A stretch of 58,222 nucleotides of DNA, filler included, from Sphacelaria rigidula (lineage: Eukaryota), in NCBI GenBank assembly GCA_964200075.2. It is 8 parts of 8 records of this genome, joined end to end, with 100 filler letters (N's around TTAATTAATTAA, not from the genome) between each part and the next. Parts side by side here need not be neighbours in the genome. Positions count along the whole stretch, not along the records: positions 51,033 to 58,222 come from CAXNAA020016046.1; 7 more parts are not named here. One strand, written 5' to 3'. Below the pieces are notes generated by a model, which searched no databases, was not told the origin of the DNA, and saw nothing but the letters and a program-made list of their open reading frames with translations. The position numbers and the translations under genes are program-made. Shown here one piece after another: positions 52,220 through 58,222 of the stretch (position 1 is the first letter of the stretch; every line of letters begins with the position of its first letter).

Positions 52220-52390
52220 TACAGGGTTCAGGGAAACTGTGCAGTGTTCCTCGCGGGGATTGGACTGTAGGGTGTGTCTTTGCGCCACACTGTACGCTCC
52301 ACAGGGTTTCAGGGAAACTGCGCAGTGTTTCTCGCGGGGATTTGGCTGTAGGGTATTTGATTGCGCCACACAGTATGCTTTACAGGGTTG
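52220..52390 (+). repeat. ~80-bp tandem repeat, 2 copies
   Basis: acagggttcagggaaactgtgcagtgttcctcgcgggga...tgcgccacac occurs twice. Confidence 0.85.
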
Positions 52391-53299
52391 CGTCACCCCG
52401 TGTACTGTTCACTGTTGTTAAATATGCTGTACAGTGTTATAACGCACATACAATATGCTCCATCTTACAGCGTAGGCACGGTACTGGCGGGAAAAAACGG
52501 TCGAAATATGACTGGGGTAGCACTCGCGATTTTGTGGTCGAGAGAACAATGAAGTGAGCATTCAACCACCTACGATTCGTTGTTGACACGTCATGTATTT
52601 TGGTGATTCTAATGGATATCAAGCAAAAACGTTTATAAATGGAAGCATGATTTTGCTGAGGACGTAATATTGAGGTGGTTGCCTCTTGGGAAATTCGGAA
52701 AAGAATCACTCTCGATGCAGGGTGCGAATTTACCCCTGAAGTTTGACCTGTATCGGGACCCGAGCAATCTTGTACTTGTATATTCTAGTTAGACCTGTGA
52801 CGAAATAACGCCGCTACGTTTAATTGGTAGTGATGATCTGGATAATGACAGAGGACACTAGGGTGGTACCGCGGCGCGTCTAGGAGGCTGTGCCTACGAG
52901 GGCACTTCTGAATAATGATAATGTTGTAAAGGCTGACAACTGAAACTGAGGCCAGTAAGACTGGGGAGTCCCTCAACAGCAATGATTCAGCAGATCTTCC
53001 ACTGGCTGGCGTTAAAATATCGATATTGGTGTTAGTGCTAGTGTTAGTGGTAGAAACCTGCTGGAAAGGATGTCGGTAGGAGTCTGGTAGCTGTGGAAAC
53101 CTGATACACCACGGACGCGTGGAGAAGGTCCCAGCTGAGGCAGCTGCAGAAAGGCGGCTAGCCTGTGATAGATTCAGACTGAAGACTTGCTGAAGCGTGC
53201 AGCGGGAGTTTGGAGGCTCCTACGACTGAGTGGTGCGGCGGCGAAGCAAGGAAAGTGCAATTCGCGAAGGTCCACTGACTTGCAGAGGTTCGCAGGTAG

Positions 53300-53806
53300 C
53301 CGGTTACAGCTACAGCTATGGCTAACGGCTCACGAGGTACGTCCACCGTGACACCCGCGGTCATGCGGGAAGAGTTGCGACCTCCCCAATACGGGGATAG
53401 ATACTCAGAGAGTGCATCTCGCACTTTATTACGAAGTGCTTTCAGCTCAAGAAGCGTGTGAAGCACGCTAACGCAGGGGTGCTGTGCGGCATCAGGTGAT
53501 GCCAATGGCTCAATAAGTGTCAAGGTATGTGCAGAGAGTGTTTGCTCGTCTGGAGCATACAAATATCACAATCACACCGCCGCAATTGGTTGCGGCGATC
53601 AGAGAGCATGCTGGGCATGCGGCGGGCACTTGCCACTGTTGTGGCCAGGTCGGCTATTACGCGCGCGATTGCCCACGTCTTCCTGTGGAGAGTCTGAGCA
53701 GTCTCATGCCGCGCGCCATCAGCATTGTCAGTACAAGGGCAAAATACGAGGTAATCGTGGTGGCGGCGGCGGATCCTCCGGCGGTGGAGAGTCGCCGTCG
53801 AGTCCT

Positions 53807-53857
<51 letters not shown>

Positions 53858-54661
53858 CAGTAGCAGGGGCAGCGGCGTCAGCATGGGTCTGGTTCTGGGT
53901 CCGGCGCCGCTGTAGGTGCTGCTGCTCCGCAACGGGCGGTGCAGGTGGGATCGACTTCTACAGTGTCGAACACTGCGCCGGCGCCGGCGGTGGCACCAGT
54001 GGCGACACCGGTAGCAGCGCCAGGCGCGACGCCTGCTGACGCGCTGGTCGGAGGTTCGCCAAATTCTTGGTCTGCTGGCTGGGGGTCATACCCGCCGCCG
54101 GTGCCGTTTGAACCTGCCGGGGCGTCTTCGCCTGCTGCGCAGCAGTGGCGTCAAGTGGGATTAGCGGTGCATCGGTTAGCGAATAAGGGGGCCGTGGAGG
54201 CTGCGCACAACGACGTTCCTGCGGAGCTGTGTCTCCCAAATCAACGGGAGCGTGAAGCCATTGCGGTTCAGGCTAAGTGGGATTCAGGCGCCCACTTGAC
54301 GGGTCATGTGACTCTGTCGGTACAGGTTGTCGAGATGTTGGAGCGTCTTCTCCCGAGTGTGCCGCTGCGCATCCCGCTTTCGCTCGGGGCGTGGCAGGCT
54401 GTCACCGCGTCGTGTCAGCATGTTTACATCACATATCGTGCCGTTCCGCTGCGGCTGACTTTCACGACTTCCTGGGGGCCTACGCAGTTGCCTCCGATCT
54501 CGTGTGCGATCATGCTGGGGTCGGATGACGTTATTCTTCTGGGGTTGCCGATGGCTCAGGATGTTGGAGTCAACGTTCGGCGGTTGTGGGGCTCCATGAA
54601 GACGCGGATGTCTCCGCCTGATCCACGATTGGACACGCCCGTCCTTTTGGGGGGTGTATAG
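53300..54661 (+). mobile_element. Ty3/Gypsy-like LTR retrotransposon relic: gag with zinc knuckle plus aspartic protease
   Basis: CHCCGQVGYYARDC (CX2CX4[H>Y]X4C), then AKWDSGA...TTSWGPTQLPPISCAIMLGSDDVILLG (DSG active site and ILLG motif). Stops and frameshifts are present, with an (AGC)n tract at about 53808-53865. Confidence 0.85.
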
Positions 54662-54763
54662 CCTCTGCCAGACGATCTGGACAAGAGGCCTATTCAGTGA
54701 GGGACTTCTCCAGAATCCACTGGCCTCACGCTCGATAAGAACTTCTCTTAGAGCATCCATTCA

Positions 54764-54905
54764 TGAAGTAAGCAGCCGCGACCTGTACCTTCAGGCTTAG
54801 GCTACACAGCAAGGGTCATTATCCACAGGATGCCCTTGTACCCTGGTCATCATCCAGGATCCTACACATGCTACATCTACTACGCCTTGGTGTATTTTGG
54901 CTACA
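54764..54905 (-). repeat. Candidate short 3' LTR of the minus-strand Gypsy relic
   Basis: On the minus strand a G-rich tract (tttgggggtgc) shortly after the pol stop is followed by TGTAG...TTACTTCA. No second copy lies in the window. Confidence 0.35.
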
Positions 54906-54983
54906 GCACCCCCAAAGCGAGTTCAAGACAAACGAACGAGCTTGACAACCAACAAAAACCAAGGCGAATTCGCATGCCCCAAA

Positions 54984-55495
54984 TCACAAAGAAATGCCAT
55001 ACTCTGACGCTAATTCCCTTGTCAGCGCCCGAGTGAACCCCAATTTACGCAATTCCTGCGCAACAAATTCAGGCGCAAAAACATATATTTCGAAGAGACT
55101 TCTACGTACTTTCTTAGGCACCGAACCCATCTCAATCGACCAAAACAATAATATGACCATTGCTTCAGAACCATTCGACCAATGGGTATACGCAACATCA
55201 AATGGGTCTTGCACCTCCAGCGCTTCGCTCTACTGCGCGATTCTTGTACTCGGTTCTCGAGGTGCGTGGCGGTATCACTAACCCACACACGCCGCCCCCC
55301 GAAGTCTTGCAACATTACAAAAAATACTCAGCCGTAACCTCGGCAGTGCAATCCTCGGTTGTTTCTCACCAAACGAAATTTGACAAATCATCCGGATAAC
55401 AAACATACAGCAAACCATCAGGCAGTTAGTACCGTCAACTTCGCTACTTCTGACGTACAAAAATCAAGTTGAACAACCTCACCTGGCGCGACACC
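54984..55495 (-). mobile_element. Gypsy-like integrase core fused to the pol C-terminus (decayed, internally deleted)
   Basis: Across frameshifts: PGEVVQLDF, DDLSNFVW*ETTEDCTAEVTAEYFL, VWVSDTATHLENRV, FDVAYTHWSNGSEAM, then FEIYVFAPEFVAQELRKLGFTRALTRELASEYGISL*. Confidence 0.8.
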
Positions 55496-56329
55496 TTATA
55501 CAGTATCGCCAAAAACGTGCCACGGGCAAGGTTTAGTTTCCATACGTGCATACTTTTTTTATCCTCAAACACACGAAAACTCTTGTGATAGACTGCTGCC
55601 GAGATAGCCCCCTACCCAAACCGGCCAAAAACGTGCACGGAGGCGATGATCATAACCGCCGTTAGAGCTGGTTTCGTGCAGCACGACGCGACTGATTTGG
55701 GCGTCATAGTTGATTTCGGACTGCTACACGCCTCTCATGTGGGCGAAATTGCTGCTAACGAGCCCAACAGTGGGATCGCAGCCGGTTCGTTGGATGTTGC
55801 CGGTGCACTCTTTGTGGGGGGGCTATCTCGGCATTAATCGATATCTGCTCACAGACAACGAGCCTACGCATTTCGTAATTTCAGCTCATTTTCACGTCAT
55901 CAGCAGCAGTCACCATCTCCTGCAGTCAGTACGAGCCGAAACATTTCGCTCATTAGTCAGCAGCATTTTGTTAACTGCCCCGCCCTGACGGTCATCAGAC
56001 ACCATGCACATCAGTAGCATTCGAGCGAAAATTCCACACATTCATGCCAAGATCCCACTTAGCATACGAAAATTCGCACATCCATGCCAATATTTGACTC
56101 AGGACCTGCAATGCAACCCGTGTTGCACAAACCATGCATTATGCATGCTATTCAGAGCAGCCAACACACGCATACCAAATTTCACGCGTACACCGGCATT
56201 TTCCAGCGAACGCATCACGAGCACACCCGCTCTACGGTCATGCTTCATGCGCGAACAGCAACACAAATATGACCCAAAAAGCACACCATAACAACCTTTA
56301 ATCGTCAGAAAACGATGCGGAAATACCAG

Positions 56330-57960
56330 TCGTCTTGTGTTTTCTCATGCTCGACAAGTACTCTTACAAGTACTTGCTCCTCAGCAATATCCAATCCGGA
56401 GCTCGCCACTATATCACTCATCTCAGGTGATCCCCGCTTTGTAGGCTTCCAGTCCGCTCCTGCGAAGTAGTAGCACTGGAATCACCACCTTCTGCACACC
56501 ATAGAGCAACAATTCCTCTCGTACGGTAGTTCCTAGCAGCCACCTCTAGCACCCCCATGGTAAATCTCAACATGCCACCAAACAGCATATCCTTACTGCT
56601 GAACCAATGCAACAAATACTCTGCCTCCACAGAAGCTTGCGCATCGACAATTTCTCCTGTTTCAGACGCTTTTTTAGGCGAAACGAGAGGTGGAACGCGA
56701 ACAACCATACAGTCCCGCATAGCAACAGCTCTCGAGGGCACCACATCATCCTCATTAAGCACCTGACCTGACATCACATGAGCAATATCATGCATCATTC
56801 GTTTACATTTACGATGGGACAACGGCAAATTGACCATCCGAAATCTACGATTCATCAACGCCTTATTAAACGCTCTCACCGCACAATTCTTTGCATGCTA
56901 TCCCGTATCGCCAACCCATACCTCCGGCGACCCCATCGCTTGCTTTGAACCATGTCAGAAAATGCTCCACCTTCTTCGCTTCCACACTAGACTTTGCGGG
57001 CCCCAACCACACGAAGTTGCTCACATCGTCTTTGATCACCAAATAAATGATCTGGGATCGGATCTCCGTCGTTCAACCAACCATTTTCCAGCTGACCACT
57101 CGCTCCATCACTGAGGAAATTGAATGCCATCACCTCCTCCGGGCGAGTACCATGAACCTTATCCCCACCATGCACCATATCCTCGTGGGGTGGGGGAATG
57201 TGCGCCCCCACCTTGGATTCGCTCACCCCTCACGAGCAGAAATTTTCCGGCCTTTCCATCGCCGCTCTTTCCAAGCTTGACTGGAAACTGCAGTACAGTA
57301 ACCCAAACGCCACCAAAACTGCAATGCACGAAGCTAGCCACCCGGCCTTCACCGGATCGTTGCAATTGGGCTGGGCCTTCGCAGCCGTCGCCTGTGACTG
57401 TGGCTGCACCCTTATACGCGGTACGGCTCCACTCTCAGGAGCTTTCTCTTCCTCTCCACCTGTATCCTTCTGACTCTCACTTTGAAATGAGCACTCAGGG
57501 ACGATCACCCGCCTGGAAGATAACTAGGGTTGTTCATGCCTATCTGGACCGGCACAGCACGCGGGCGTAACTTTTCCAAAGCAAGCGGATACAAATCTAC
57601 CCCGAGTTCTTTCGTAGTCGCCATGCCAAACAACACCACGTTGTCGTTGCCAGGCATGACCGCGAAAGTGATTGGCGACATCTCCACAGCACCCCACGGC
57701 GTTCGAACGCCTACAGCAATAGGCACAGTTTTATGACAAATAGTCACGGGCGCACCCGTGGCGCTCTGTGCCATTTGCGGTTCATTATCAAATGGTTGCT
57801 GTAGCTGGGCGTACCCAAACTGTGAAGACAGCTGTTGCAGCAACCCCACACTTGACAAGCTGTTTTTATTTTTTATATCATGCACTAGCGATTCACCGCA
57901 CGCCATTTTATGGAACAACTCTCAAGAACTGAGACGCGATATCCACATTTAAAGCATCTA
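56330..57960 (-). mobile_element. Second Gypsy-like relic: protease followed closely by integrase
   Basis: 57505-57960 VRTPWGAVEMSPITFAVMPGNDNVVLFG..ELGVDL is homologous to the protease at 54260-54575. 57226-56780 reads KVGAHIPPP..VHGTRPEEVMAFNFL, YLVIKDDVSNFVWLGP, MGSPEVWVGDTG*HAKN. Confidence 0.8.
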
Positions 57961-58222
57961 GTGCCTCTGCTCGCAATACATTGATTTTAGTTTGGAAACT
58001 TATGTGCACCATATCTCGGGATAGATGACGAATTAGGTGAAGGTGAGGGTATCTGTCGTCTTCCCTTGCTCCAAAGAATATCCACACCAAAATTCGTCGC
58101 CATCCGCTGCGTGCATCGATCGGGGGTTTCATGAAGATTTTAGTATAAACAGGGTTGCCAGAAAAATGAGAACGTATTTTGAAATGAGAACCAACCGCTC
58201 CCCGGGATTGTGTCCATTTTCC

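Overview
Eukaryotic, intron-rich and repeat-rich DNA. Short GT-AG exons in long introns, CAG/poly-Q exons, poly-C/G tracts and the repeat types suggest a brown alga or related stramenopile (inference). The window is not one locus. It is eight contigs of 7190-7191 bp joined by identical 100-nt linkers (44 N + TTAATTAATTAA + 44 N), so adjacency across linkers carries no biological meaning. Host gene fragments: a 7-exon poly-Q/coiled-coil gene (contig 1, +), the last two exons of a HECT E3 ubiquitin ligase (contig 3, -) and two exons of an NAD(P)-binding atypical SDR (contig 5, -). The rest is mostly mobile DNA: two decayed hAT transposases, a TIR-bounded hAT-like non-autonomous element, tRNA-derived SINEs, Ty3/Gypsy gag-protease and integrase relics, a Copia-like gag relic, foldback/hairpin repeats and minisatellites. 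Two long spliced pseudogenes of unknown family are also present (contigs 4 and 7). I found no intact, convincingly new system. The best leads are those two pseudogenes, a group of short repeats sharing an ATGAGT(A/T)C+poly-C end, and a conserved hairpin family. All family assignments come from motif recognition by eye, not database searches.
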